Source: Octopus sinensis (lineage: Eukaryota). Taken from it: a DNA stretch of 64,000 nucleotides. The notes under the pieces are model-generated. The model ran no database searches. It saw only the letters and a list, made by a program, of their open reading frames with translations, and had not been told where the DNA came from. This document shows, piece by piece, positions 25,237-38,875 of the stretch. Position numbers and translations under genes: made by a program. Where the stretch lies: assembly GCF_006345805.1 (NCBI RefSeq), contig NC_043003.1:114576001-114640000 (forward strand), read 5' to 3'. The stretch's first letter is position 1; each line of letters begins with the position of its first letter.

Positions 25237-25627
25237 AGGCGCGGGAGTGGCTGTGTGGTAAGTAGCTTGCTAACCAACCACATGGTTCCGGGTTCAGTCC
25301 CTCTGCGTGGCATATTGGGCAAGTGTCTTCTGCTAATGCCTTGTGAGTGGATTTGGTAGACGGAAACTGAAAGAAGCCCGTTGTATATATGTATATATAT
25401 ATGTGTGTGTGTGTGTGTGTTTGTGTGTCTGTGTTTGTCCCCCTAGCATTGCTTGACAACCGATGCTGGTGTGTTTACGTCCCCGTCACCTAGCGGTTCG
25501 GCAAAAGAGGCCGATAGAATAAGTACTGGGCTTACAAAGAATAAGTCCTGGGGTCGATTTGCTCGACTAAAGGTGGTGCTCCAGCATGGCGGCAGTCAAA
25601 TGACTGAAACAAGTAAAAGAGTAAAGA
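25237..25627 (+). mobile_element. SINE family 2, full length
   Basis: Aligns end to end with 19126-19510 and 39601-40060. Confidence 0.92.
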
Positions 25628-25874
25628 GTAATGAGTATATATATATATAACAAAATAAAGACTGCATTCCTACAAAAACGCCTCCAAATGGTTGTGTCAT
25701 CTACTAGAAATGGCCGGCAAACTTGCCCGAACTCAAGCAGTAAAGTCTTTAACAAAGAAAGGTTCTTTCGATAACATATTCCACGAAGAAGCTGAATAGT
25801 CATTCCAAAAATGCTCTTGAGCCTAGTGTGGGTCACTTAACCATCATCTCGGCTCAACTGCAAAAATAAATGGA

Positions 25875-25876
25875 AT

Positions 25877-25961
<85 letters not shown>

Positions 25962-25962
25962 G

Positions 25963-26002
<40 letters not shown>

Positions 26003-26103
26003 TACTTCTACTACTACTTCTACTACTACTACTACTTCTACTACTACTACTACTACTACTTCTACTACTACTACTACTACTTCTACTACTACTACTACTA
26101 CTT

Positions 26104-26143
<40 letters not shown>

Positions 26144-26240
26144 TACTACTTATACTACTACTACTACTACTTCTACTATTGCTTCTTCTACTACTACTTT
26201 TACTCTACTACTACTACTACTACTGCTACTTCTGCTGCTG
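25875..26240. repeat. (CTA)n microsatellite with periodic CTT interruptions
   Basis: Direct reading; explains the poly-Leu ORF. Confidence 0.97.
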
Positions 26241-26689
26241 CTACAACAACACAGCAACCTCTACAGCAGCAGGGCTATCAACAAGAGAAACTAGATGTTT
26301 ACTCGAAGCTGTTAATCCTACAGAATTCCAAGACCATTTCTATAATCGAACGATTTCATCCTTATCCCTAGACATGTCCTCTGACTTCAGGGCAAATGAA
26401 TTACGGACAATAAAGATGACAACGTGAAACAAGAATCCCGATTTCCATTCGAAATAGTGCCAACAAGCGTGAATTAGTCTATAATCCGTTATAATGAAAT
26501 AAAAGGTTTAATACCCAGCTTTTCTACAACCGTTCACCATATGAAACACTTCGAGACATGACACATAAGCTCGATGTCGCAGCGCATTAAATTGCTCAAG
26601 AAGTGCCCTGGATATCATTAAATACGATTTTATTATTAATCGCATCATCATCATCATCATCATCATCATAATCATCATTATGGGAAACT

Positions 26690-26958
26690 ACCACCTGTGT
26701 CATCTCTTGTGAAAGGTAAGAGAGTCCAGTTTGCTGGACATTGTTGTAGAGCTGAAAAAGAGGTAATTTCTACTCTTCTCCTCTGGAAGCCATCTACTCG
26801 CAATACCAGAGGGCGCACACTCTCCTACCCTGATGTAATCTCCAGGGATACAGGCATCCAGCAACAGGACCTCCATAATGCCATGATGGACCGTGAAGTC
26901 TGGCATAGCATGGTAAATTCCATTGTCTCGACCACGGTCGAACAATGATGATGATGAT
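26690..26958 (+). mobile_element. RTE/RTEX-type LINE 3' end
   Basis: RVQFAGHCCRAEKEVISTLLLWKP..RGRTLSYPDVISRDTG..AMMDREVW..MV, followed by (TGA)n tail. Confidence 0.85.
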
Positions 26959-27019
26959 AATTAAGGCGGTGAACTGACAGAATAATTAGCATGCTGGGAG
27001 AAATGCTCAGCCGTATTTC

Positions 27020-27750
27020 GTCTCCCCAGCAGAGCAGTTTTTTGGCATTTGCTCTGCTCTCATGTCTATTCCAATTTCTCTGACATATTCCTCGAACTTG
27101 GCTGTTAGTTTTCCGAGTGCGCCCCTAAGTACTACTGGAATACAGACAACCTCCTCATAGTCCACATTCTTGCAATTTCGTCTTTTAGTAGTTCGTACTT
27201 TTGAATCTTTTCTAGTTCTTTCTCCCTTATGAGTGCATCCGAAGGTATTGCAATATCTATGATGCTGTCTTCCTTTCATCACTTTATCTACCACAACAAT
27301 AGCTGGTCTCTGAGCCTCGACTAGGGAGTCACATTGGATTGTAACATCCCACAGCATCTTATATTCTTTGGTCTCTGTTATTCCTTCTGGTTCATGTCCG
27401 TGCCATTTCCGTGCTCCGTCCAGGCCGTACATTTCGCATAGCCTCCAGTGGAGGCTTTGCAGCGCTTGGATCATGTTCGGTTTTATTCCTGGTAGGATTT
27501 ATTTGGATAGCGGGTTACCACCTGTAACCTTACGTATCCAAAAGTCTTCAGCAGTCTTTCAAGTGCTTAGAAACCTCCTAATAATCCTTGCTGTCCTTGA
27601 GAGACTAATCTCCTGCAGGAGCTCTGCTGGGAATTCTGTTGCAATCTCCTTCAGCCATTTGTCTATATCTTGGCTTACCAATTATTATAGGCACGACCTT
27701 TACTGTTCGCACGATCCAAATTCTTCCTATTTCAAATTTTAAGGGATTGA
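27020..27750 (-). mobile_element. Dong/R4-clade non-LTR element fragment (restriction-like endonuclease region)
   Basis: LHWRLCEMYGL..W..HEPEG..E..MLWDVTIQCD..VEAQRPAIVVVDK..IPVV..GALG. Confidence 0.85.
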
Positions 27751-27799
27751 TTTTTTGGGGTTTTTTTCTTCCTCTTTCTTTACGATCCTGGAATCAAAC

Positions 27800-28640
27800 G
27801 AGCATTATTGTTGTTGTTATTATTATTCCTATTATTTTCTCTTTATCACAGGTTTTGCTGGAAATCCTGGAGTTCTTTCATGCCAAGCGGGTTTACTACC
27901 TGCAGCCTACGGTACCATGCTATCCGTTCTTTTCAGCTATCTAATACTTACCTGATTATTCTGGCCGTGCCAAGGAGGAAAACCTTTTGTAACAGTTCTA
28001 CTGGCCACTCTATTCCACTTTCCTTTTTATTCCCCTTGATACCTTCTGTTATTGTTCCCAAGGAACCAACAATAATTTGGCACTATCTTCACCTTCATCT
28101 TCCATAGCCGGGCTATTTCGTACTTAAGAGGGTTGTATCTATCTATCTTTTCCCCTTCCTTCTTGACTCTGCGAGGGATTCAAAGGGGCACGAAACATCA
28201 ACTATATAGCACATGTGGTGCACGTTGTCCACTTCCAGTAGATCCGGTCTGTTATGCTCTAGCACCTGACCTGCTTGGATTGGGAAAACTTAGAGGATTT
28301 TGCTAGACTCCGACTCCACCACTCTCTGCGGTTTGTGCTCATACCACGTCTTGCTTCTCTCTAGCCCCCACTTTTCCCATAGTTTCCAGTGTAGCACTTT
28401 CCCCACCAAATCGTGTCGCCACAACTTGTAGTGGTTTGGGGCAAGTTCAGGGCATTCGTTCGTGATATGGGCAATGGTCTCATCCATTTTATTGTAAATT
28501 TGGTACAGCGGAGACACTTGCTCATTCCTAAGGTTGACCATTCAGCTCGTGGCCAAAGCTTGGTCTTACGCTGCCAGTATATTGCCCTCAGCCTCTTGTT
28601 TTAGGGTTTCTTTCATTACCTAATCCCACCTATTTTTCCA
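27800..28640 (-). mobile_element. Dong/R4-clade non-LTR element 3' portion with (TAA)-like tail
   Basis: ETIAHITNECPEL..YKLWRHD.V.K.LHWKL..WYEHKP, then FPIQ..VLEHNRPD..IVDVSCPF, then VPIIVGSLG..LLQK..LLGTARIIR; ends in AAT/AAC repeats near 27810. Confidence 0.88.
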
Positions 28641-28751
28641 ACAGCAACTTCTGTTGTGGCTGCATGGTATCGATTGTGTAGTCGCTCCTTGCGTAATTCT
28701 TTTTCATACCCTTTTTGTACCTCTTCGTTTCTTTTCCTTTTTTCTCTGCTT

Positions 28752-28754
<3 letters not shown>

Positions 28755-28829
<75 letters not shown>

Positions 28830-28855
28830 TATTATTATTATTATTATTATTATAT
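28755..28855. repeat. (TTA)n microsatellite
   Basis: Direct reading. Confidence 0.98.
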
Positions 28856-31084
28856 TAAAATAGGCGAATATGTTCACACTATTTTAAGAAAGCGTTTCTC
28901 TGAAGAAAAGGTTTACAGTTTGGTAATTACCATTATTAACGATTTCTCTCAAACTGGCACAATGCCAGAATTCTGCGAGAAAATTATCTTGAATTCAATC
29001 AGCTCTACAATACCGTTCACACAATGCAAGAGTAAAATAAAAAGGGGGAAAACATGGATGGGTCGTGTACAAAAGGAATCCGCTTGAGGCTCCCTTTATG
29101 TGCAAGGAAGAGTTATCAACTTCATACGAATATCACTCTTCCAGTCTAAAGTAATAGAAAATAAAAAAAAGGCTGTTGTCAAAATAAGACGTGGTAGCCA
29201 CGACAGGAACGTCATTGAAGGGAATTGAATAACAACAGCGCAACAGTTCTGAATGAGTGAACAATTAAGCAAATTTCGGATGAATGTTTAAAATTAGAAA
29301 ATATACCGTTGAAATACGTTTAGCGATACTCATTAAGGTTGTTGCTAGTTTACCTATCTAATTCGCATAATTTATTTGACACACAACATCTGGACTAGGC
29401 CTCACAATTTGGAAGAAAGATCAGCAGGTTTTATTCCACTACAATACTCAACTGGTTTTATCGATCTCGATGGCCGTTGAGCAAAGTTGGCATCGATGTA
29501 ATTTTAGTTCAGAAAACTGGTAAGGTTTATTCACCGTTCTGACATTTATAACAGAATCAACACAAGTGGAATTCAATTTTACAAACAGACAAATATTAAA
29601 TGCAAAGGAAGATAGCTTATCATCGAAGAATAATGGGGAAAAAAATTTCGAAAAAGCACTTTAGTTCCTCTTCAAAGATATTTGAAAAGATTGAAAATCT
29701 ACATTTGCGTCAGGAGACGAAACGAAACACGAAGCAGACAACAAGAAACGGCCAATTCAATTATATCTTTCGACCTTAAAAACATCTTTATTAGCTTTCA
29801 ATAATCCAACGTCTCCAAAAGTGACCACCACCTCCACCACTACCATTAGGCAGAATGGTAGACATTTTACCTCAACGTCACACAGAGAGAAATTTAAAAT
29901 ACTTAAAAAATATTAACTGCGTTTATCAAGCCAAAACATTTTCGACACTTTACGTTTGTGTCATACGAAGAGGCTAATAACATTGCTACAACGCGAATGC
30001 AATGTTTCTGGCTTTCAGCTTTTATAGCTATTGGATCTAATGGTTTCCTGTCAAGCTTTGGCATCGTAACTGTCAATTAAGGTCGAATCTTCTAAAATTA
30101 TCATCGAAATCTAAGACAAATATAGAAATAAGAAGCGGCTATGATATAACTGCTGCAAGTTGAGTATCCAATAATATTTATTTCTTAATTCACGAAGCAA
30201 ACGTACAGAAATATATATCGGTTGCAGCAAGTGATTCCATCGTTAATACTTCACCAATTTATGATGGGTCCGTAATTAGCGGAAGAGTTGGGAGTGTTGT
30301 TCAAATGTTTTTACTTTTTGAATGGAAAGAGAATGAGATGCCCGATTATTAATAGAGTTACCCAACAAATTATTGCACCATTTTTCCTGTTTTATTATTT
30401 AAAAGACAGTCAGAATCGAGCGGGCGTCACCTTTCATCATTTCACGCCCTACTTGACTGGTGAGCTGAATGTTCAGTCCCGGCATTTATAGGTTGGTACC
30501 TTTATAATAAAGATATCGAGTGAACTAAAGAAGAGACACCGAACCAAGATTGGACGCAGAAATTACTCGAGAGTCTTTTATTTATATTCTCTAACAGAAG
30601 AAGGTAGGATGGCGCTGGTGAATTTTGAAAGGTCACCGCGACCGGTTGAAGAGTGGAAGGAACGAAACTTTATTCATTGGTTCCAACAGAAAAATAAATG
30701 CTCATCGCTGAAATGTTCGACTCCAACCATAGATGTGGTCAGGATGCGTATGGCAGAGTGGAGAGCTCAGAAATCCCGCAAACAGTAGGTGGTGTTGTGA
30801 TGACGGTTCAAGCATTACGTCTCTTTTCTTTCAAGAAAAGGAATTGGTCAGGGGAAAGTGGTATGGGAGGTGTGGGTTCGAGTTTGAAGGATGGAGATTT
30901 CTTGTTGAAAGGATCGATGAGTATTGTAGTAGTGAGACATGAAGGAAATTGTAAAAAAAAAAGCCAGCGTTCTTGTGAGATAATGGTCGAAACATGGAAT
31001 GAGTCTTTCATAGCAATCAGAAGAAAATGAAAAACTTAGAACCGCTGTATGACGCAGCAGCAGCACGAGGTGGGGGTGAAGGGA

Positions 31085-31237
31085 GGGGGAGGAGGAGGAG
31101 AAGAAGAAGAAGAAGAAGAAGAAGAAGAACAACAACAACAACAACAACAACAACAAGAAGATGAAAACGAAGAAGAAGAAGACGAAGAAGAAGAAGACGA
31201 AGAAGAAGAAGAAGACGAAGAAGAAGAGGAAAAAGAC

Positions 31238-31269
<32 letters not shown>

Positions 31270-31670
31270 AGATAACGAAGAAGAAGAAGAAGAAGAAGAA
31301 GACGAAGAAGACGAAGAAGAAGACGAAGAAGAAGAAGAAGAAGAAGAAGAAGATAACGAAGAAGAAGAAGAGGAAAAAGAAGAAGAAGAAGAAGAAGAAG
31401 AAGAAGACTACGAAGAAGAAGAATAAGAAGAACGAAGAAGAAGAAAAGAAAGAGAAAGAAGAAACGAAGAAGAAGAATAATAATAATAAGAAGAAGAAGA
31501 CGAAGAAGAAGAAGAAGAAGAAACGGAAGAAGAAGAAGACGAAGAAGAAGAGAAGAAGAGAAGAAGAGAAAAAGAAGAAAAGAAGAAGAAGAAGAAGAAG
31601 AAGAAAAGAAGAAGAAGAATAAGAAGAAGAAGAGAAGAAAAGAGATAAAAGAAGAAGAAGAAGAAGAAAG
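31085..31670. repeat. (GAA)n-rich polypurine tract
   Basis: Direct reading; explains the poly-E/K ORFs. Confidence 0.97.
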
Positions 31671-32318
31671 TTGCTCAGAGATATCCAACCTACGTGGCTG
31701 AAGACGCTCTATGACATTTCCTGGTGTTAATCTTCATTGTAACTTAAAACTTAATATTTTGAATTGTTGACAAACTCCATCATGAAGTTTATCATTTAAT
31801 CTACAACCATAATCATAACGAAACAAACAACCACTATATATAATTAGAGATGTGACCAACTCTTCAAGTACAGCTATACGAAATCAATTTTATTTCCAAA
31901 ATGCAGACTTATACATGTTTAAATATTTTTAACGCTTTCTGCTAGTTTGCCTGTCACTCTGTCCATACAAAATAGGCAGGGTTCAAGCCATTTATCTTCA
32001 TTATCTCCCATACTCGTCCTTTCCCTACCACATTCTGAATGTAAGTGACAAAAATATTAGTTTCCTATTTGCATTATATTGACTAGCAGAAAGACTGCCC
32101 TCCAGGCAGCTTTCTGCTAGCCACTTGTTAATACTTTCATATTTGATTCCCAGTTCTATTAATTTCATATTTCACGTCTACTTATTTCTTTGTATAATAG
32201 TGCTAACTTGCTTAGTAAATATAGCTTTGATTATTTTATCGCAGTCATAATCTCTCTTCTTTAAACAAACATCACGGTAGTCCAACAACCGAGGGAGTAG
32301 CAATTTGTCAAGTCTTAC

Positions 32319-32368
32319 CTTCCCCTCAAAGCAACATAGTGATTTCAGTTCAGCAGCCCATCCATAAG
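32319..32368 (-). CDS. Candidate 50-nt internal exon (YGWAAELKSLCCFEGK)
   Basis: Consensus donor AAG|GTAAGA, upstream pyrimidine tract with first AG at 32369-70, only one open frame; no homology recognised. Confidence 0.2.
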
Positions 32369-33887
32369 CTTTGCAGTGTGTATGTGTGTGAGAGAGAGAG
32401 GGAGGGAAGAACATTGCAAACAATAAATGAAAGAAACATGAAATGAAAAAGTCGTATAAGTAAAAAGGCATTACTACAGATGTATATCTCCCTGACTTTG
32501 TTGCCTCATAACATCCAGAAAAATGGATACTTTTTAACAAAATTTTCTACAAATATCCCTTAGATGATGTGGCCTCAGATTATATAAGGATTCATTTGAA
32601 AGAATGTTGTGGAGAGGGTGCAGAGGAGTTTTGGAAAATTCACATATCTAACTTTTTCCCTCATAACTTTCAGGAAGATGAGTATCTGTTGATGGAAATT
32701 TATAGAAATCCCTTTCAAACGGCATAGATTACGATTATAAAGAAATCTGTGGGGAAAGTTTTTTCGGGGAATTTCTCCATTTATTTTAAGCCAAAGCCTT
32801 CGAAATGATGAGGTAGGGCTGCATCTTTGCATGAAAAATGTTTTGAAAACTCTTTTTTTTTACAATCCCCTCCTTCCTCATCCCACACAGGACCTATTTT
32901 GGCCAATTTTTTTTTTGCACCTCAAAACCATGGGAAGAGCATTTTTGGTAAAAGATAAGAGAAAAAAACTTGATATTTTCAGAAGAAAATAAGTGATTTA
33001 ATGTCGATTTGGCTGTTGTTTCTAGTACATCCAACGACAAACCCCTCGTTCGTTCATCACTCTTACATGTATTGATGTATTTCAATATTTTCCCCCCATA
33101 AATACATTTATATGCTATAAAAAGAAAATTTGAGAAATTATCAATTTTTGCAACTTCAGTCCCTGCCCAACTTTCTTGGCTCTCCTCACAGCTATCTCGC
33201 GTTCAAAAATTACTCGGGTATTTTTTTAAACTTTCATTCGATAAATAATGCTTTTACATTACGTATACATTAATGGAATAAACTGTCGGTTTTCCAAATA
33301 GTGAATTAAAACTTAAAAGAGAAAATGGGAGACTTTGCAACTGAAAATGGAATACTCCCCAGTGAATGCAATGAATATTTAAATCTGTGAAGAATTGTTC
33401 GCAGTGAATGCAATGAATATTTAAATTTACAAGAAATTGGAATTTAAAAAATTCAATAAATTGAGAAATCAAAATTATGGGAAGTTTCTTAGAACATGAA
33501 TTTGTAAAACTATTTCCAGACAGTCAACCCTTTAATAATTGCTTTCTTCTAGTACTTTTAGCAATTGTTACATACCTAATTACTAAGCAACTTTCTCCAT
33601 TATAGTATAGACGATGCACCCATCCACAGAAGTAACCTGCTTAAAAATAACCATTCAGATGAAATACGAAATTTTAAATGCATTTGAATGCGTAAACCTC
33701 TTCATTCACAAAGGAAAATTATTTATTTAGGAAGTCGTTTGTTTTTCTCCCTTACACAGAAAATATGGAAAGAACAGCCAGCCGACCACATCTTATATCT
33801 TATCTGTTAGCCCTTACGTCTATTTATCTATGCCCCCGTCTATGTATGAATGTATGTATCTATCTATCTCTCTGTCTCTCTACACAC

Positions 33888-33946
<59 letters not shown>

Positions 33947-34203
33947 TAAAACGGTAAGATAACATATGTATATTTTTATATATTTTTTCATATTTTTTAT
34001 ATAATTTTTATGGCGAAAAAAGCGAGCGATGTATAAGTACGCAGGCAAGCAGAGTTATAACACAGAAATTTCCCTTTGTATAACGGTATTTTTTCATAGC
34101 GTTTTCAAATAGCCAGATAACCGAAGAGATGTCATGGATTCCCACTTCGGCATCTGAAACTCAGTGTTTTATCTTGACTATCGAGTAATGTAACATATTA
34201 TTT

Positions 34204-34240
<37 letters not shown>

Positions 34241-35822
34241 CATTCATCAACGATATTTACTCGTTTGCAACTACTTTTTGCTTCCTTACTAATTCACATC
34301 TAAACCAAATGCGATTAAGATCATTGAAACGGACCAATACTCCACCACATTTTGAATTATAATGGCAAAAAAGAAGAGTGTTGCCGTATAAAAAAAAAAA
34401 GGTAAACTGCTTTGCGATAAAACATTTGCGTGCAAAAATGGTTGAGAAACGCCTGCATGCAAATTCTAATCAGTATAGTTTCCCGACTTCTTGAGTATTT
34501 TTGTAACAATTTATCGTAAATGAAAAATCTTAATGAGTAGAATCTAATTTTGAAAACCACATCAAAATTGGCCCACGAGAGAAAAAAATAGCAGCAAAAA
34601 CGTGGTCAAATTGGAAGGGTAGTAACGACTGGTTTCGTCTTTAAATCAAGATATCTCCGTGATTTAAAAATAAAATTCACTATAATTTAGCTTAAATGAA
34701 AGAGTTCAATCAAAGAAATTTAATTACTTAAAGTTGACGAAGTAGAAAAAATAGTTATATGGCAAAATGTGATCCAATTTGGATAAGATTAATGCCTGAT
34801 CTCGAATTTAGACCATCATATTTCTGTAATTTCTGAATGATTTCTTTTCTATTTCAGCTTAAATAAAAGATCTTAATGAGAGAAATCTAATTCCGAAGAC
34901 CTCATCAAAATTGGTTCAGTAAAAAAATTAAGGCAGAAAGTAACTAAATTTCAGGGTGATTTAGCATATGAAATGAGTTTTTATATAAAGAAATTATTCT
35001 CTTTGATTACAAAAATCGACGTTTTTTCCATTCAGAGCAAAAAACTGTGATAATTTACTTACCTTTATACGTACAACTTTATGTTTTAATCTCTTTGTAT
35101 TATTTAATTATATTGTTATTAACTTCTATTAGTTCTTCGTTTTACCATTAATTATGCCTTACGTAATCTATTCTCATGCTTTGTGATCTTACTGTTGTGG
35201 CTTTGTTTTTGTCTGTTTAACATTAATCTTATTCATTAACGTCTCATTTGCTGTCCTATTGTTTTCGCCAAATCATCTTTATTTTTTATGCGTATTTGAT
35301 CTTTAAGAAGACCCAAACTGGTCATCTTTTGTCCTTCTTGTCGGTCAATTCATTTGCTTTAACTTAATTACTGTTACATTGCTTTTATTTTTAGCGGAAG
35401 CTACCTACTATATTCTTAATATTGATCATGATAAAAATTTATTTGAAATTTAAATTTAAATAAATTACATGTGTGTGTGGGGGGGGGTGCGCGTGTGACT
35501 GTGTATGTGCGCGCGCTCGCCTCTGTTTGTGTGTGCATCTTGGATATTATGATAAATTTGTTTTAAAATCTATGAAACAGTGTTGCCTGTGAACAGAGTT
35601 GATTAGCATGAAAATTAAGGCTGCAGGGGTGACGATACTCTTCGTTAATTGAATCTAGAAATTTGCAGCACAGCAATTGTAAGCTTTAAAATATTTCTAT
35701 CGCATATGAAATTAAGTATTAAACATAGGTAAGTATGAAGAAAGCTAAAATATAAAAAATACAATGGCTTTCAGTTTGAGCAATCCAGACAACAAGACTA
35801 TCAAACTGCTGTTTCTTCTTTT

Positions 35823-36253
35823 GGATCTTTTCGGTTTGAACGGCAGTTTTTAACATAGTTTCTAGGTAACTAAAAAATGTTTAACTTCGTATACTGTTAG
35901 AATGTGTTTATAAAACATCTTTTTCTCTTGGCTTTATTGAGAAAATTCTATAGTTTGTAAGATATTTTTTTTCTTCAATTTCTGCAATTTCAACCAATCA
36001 AATACGTCTATTGAGGTAAAAAAAAAACATTCTGTGCCGTATGAATATGTCCCTCGTTTATGAAACAGATTGGGTTTATTTACATTTGTGAAGAAAGAAA
36101 GATACCCTTCCCCACCACTCCTAACCCTAACCCTAACTAACCCTAACCCTAAAAGAGTTTGAAATGCAATAGATCGATACTAGGGTCATAAGTATGGGTG
36201 ACAATTTCATATGACACGACTAGAAAAATCTGCCGTTCAAACCGAAAAGATCC
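35823..36253. mobile_element. MITE with GG..CC TIRs, 8-bp TSD and (CCCTAA)n, copy 2
   Basis: Same TIRs as 15297-15713; perfect TSD CTTCTTTT at 35815-22 and 36254-61. Confidence 0.92.
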
Positions 36254-36340
36254 CTTCTTTTTTCTATCAATGCAGAACTGATATACCCTATTAAGAAAAT
36301 AATGATCTTCATATTTAGCCATATTCCGTATTCATTGAAA

Positions 36341-36733
36341 TCTTTATATATAAAAGTCAAGCTGTGTGTCTGTCTCCTACGATTTAGATTCCTAACTACT
36401 CCCACATTTTGCGGGGCAGTGTAACCAAAAGCGGGTATCTTATAGTCGTGATTCATATCGAGCCCTTTTGGGTATTAGCGCGCGTCTACGATGAGTATAC
36501 GATTTTAAAAATAATTTACCATAATTTTTTCCATTTTAATGCATTTTTTTCGCTATTATATAAGGGAAGTAACTCTCTAAAAATGTCTACGATGAGTCAA
36601 CGATTAAAAAAAAAATTAGCATAATTTTTTTCCGTTTTTAATGCATTTTTTGCTATTTTTTGGCTATAACTCTAAAAATGCTTATATAGTTATTTCCCTT
36701 ACAAACCCGAGCAACGCCGGGCGATACTGCTAG
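36341..36733 (+). mobile_element. Non-autonomous Helitron
   Basis: Starts TCTTTATATATAAAA after A, ends CTAG before T; subterminal hairpin CCCG-AGCAACGC-CGGG (36706-36721); no TSD; internal tandem duplication. Confidence 0.88.
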
Positions 36734-37199
36734 TATTTTATAAATTCCATTTCTTCTGTATTTCATATTCATTTAACTAAGAATATTATGACTCCCATTT
36801 TTCGTATTAGTCTGTAATTGTGCGTATATCATTTGACACATAGTCATGAACACACACAACTATGAGCATGTATGTGTATAAACAAATATGAAACAAGACT
36901 GAGACCCATCAAGTTTTTTCACAACTCTTCTCCAAAAGAATGAACCATTTTCGTCAAGAAAAGATAACTGCGTGTATGTGTTTTAATGCATTGACCTCGT
37001 CTGCATAATGTTGTATACCTGAGCCTGGAGACCAGTAAACAGACATTTACATACCGAAAATTGGGCTACACATTTTTTAACCAAATGTAGTTTGCATAAT
37101 CCACAATAAAAATATAAAGAAATCTAAGGAACCAATTCCATGGATTTGGTTAATTGCCTTAAAGTGTGATACGAATGCCAAGCATAATGATTATATTGA

Positions 37200-37600
37200 A
37201 TAAAATTTCTGAGATAAAGAATACTGGGGGAACATTCCAGTAAAAACGGCCATCCGGTTGAAGAACAACATGCTAAATATGGTTGTGCTCGACAGGAGAG
37301 TCAACGTAATGCGTCGTTGTAGTGACCGGCTCCCAGTGGAGGGTAATATCTCCTCAAAACATGAGGAAACGGAGGACATATATGGAGAACTAATAGAGAA
37401 AGATCTTATGTCCTGGCTGGTCTAAACTGGTTATGATCTCATATCCACTTGTTTCTGTTTTGACAGGTACAGTGTGCCACGTAGCAACAGGTTTGCGCAG
37501 AAACCTAGAAATTTTGGGATTCGCATAAAAATAAGAGAGCAAACTGACTCGCATTCTTCAGATCCAATCAGGATATGTAGAATATTCCAGAGATTCTAAA
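37200..37600 (+). mobile_element. Degenerate Dong/R4-type endonuclease fragment
   Basis: YWGNIPVKTAIRLKNNMLNMVVLD..LPVEGNISSKHEE resembles LWD.PIQT...HNRPDIVV.D..P.D.NI..KE.EK. Confidence 0.55.
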
Positions 37601-37699
37601 TTTGAGGTCCTTAGGTGAACAAATGCATTACTATCTTCTTCCTCCTCCTCCTCCCCATCATCATCATCATCATCCTCATCATCATCATCCTCATCATCA

Positions 37700-37950
37700 T
37701 CATCCTCCTCCTCATCACCATCTCCAATATCTTCGACATTACTATCTTCTTCCCCCTCCTCCTCCTCCCATCCTCCTCCTCCTCATCATCATCATCATTA
37801 TCAATGTCGTCATCTTCATCAAAATCTCCTTTTCCTCTTAAAACGCCTGTATTATATTCTTGCGCTACATCGTCACCTTTTTTGGGGTCACCACCATTTC
37901 CACAATATATATACTCACGGCCAACAGCATCAACACCACTACATCCCCAT
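37700..37950. repeat. Local duplication, copy 1 of a unique core within CAT/CCT low-complexity DNA
   Basis: CATCTTCATCAAAATCTCC..CACCATTTCCACAA identical to about 41089-41183; flanks also homologous. Confidence 0.9.
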
Positions 37951-38639
37951 AAGGAACACATCGGCACGTTCATATATCTTCAGCAATGAATCAGACACAC
38001 GTGTGTTCTTTGTGGATAGACTTGCAGCCACGAGTGAGAGTTTATCAACAAGCGCTCAACACGCACACAGCACGCACGAACGTGTGCACACATCCACCAA
38101 TTCAGGTAACTACAAACCCCAAGAACTGTCTCGTCTTAAGCAAAAGAGTCATCACCATTCTGTTACTGACCGGTTTGTATTCTGCAAAGGAAAGGTCTTG
38201 AGGTGGATCGAACGAAAGAAAATATTTGTAAAGTGATTTACTTATGAAAAAATAATTGATGAAACTTATTTGGTTGTTGTCAGGAATGATCGTCGGTATG
38301 TTGACATTTTAAACATCCTTTTGTCATCATGTTCTCCGTCATCATCATCATCATCATCATCACCAACAGCAGCAGCAGCAGCAACAGTAGCAGCAGCTTT
38401 ATCGTCGTCCCCTCCACCGATCACAGAATTGTTCTTCGTGTTATTGCTGTTCTTCATTTCTCACTCTGTAATGACAATTACAACAATTAAGTCTTAACAC
38501 TGTCATAATTGCAATAGAACCGTTCTCAGAGCTGATCGATTGATGGACGCACCCCACCCCCCCCGCCCGAGAAAACCATTTACCAATTAACAATTCTAGC
38601 CAGGCTCAAGGGAAAACATCGGATAAATACAGATATACA

Positions 38640-38744
38640 CAATATATATTGTATGGATATACACATGTATATATTTATATATATGTATGCATATGTATAT
38701 ATATATATAATATATATATATATATTATATATATATATATATAT

Positions 38745-38799
<55 letters not shown>

Positions 38800-38825
38800 A
38801 TGTATATATATATATATATGCACGT

Positions 38826-38872
<47 letters not shown>

Positions 38873-38875
38873 CAC
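38640..38875. repeat. Compound (TA)n/(TG)n microsatellite
   Basis: Direct reading. Confidence 0.95.

Noticed and set aside
25870-26427. 185-aa poly-Leu ORF
   Set aside because: (CTA)n microsatellite.
30540-31030. Complex sequence with 110-aa plus ORF; possible retroelement relic or exon
   Set aside because: All minus frames have stops, the plus ORF has no recognisable motif, and the similarity to the PLE PKIHK motif is too weak to call.
31017-31688. Acidic, basic and Leu-rich ORFs of 125-223 aa
   Set aside because: All are frames of a (GAA)n tract.
32540-35000. Possible non-autonomous DNA transposon(s) with CAAAATTGG-type internal repeats and a CCCT-TTAA end near 33530
   Set aside because: No matching opposite terminus or TSD found, so boundaries and family cannot be supported.
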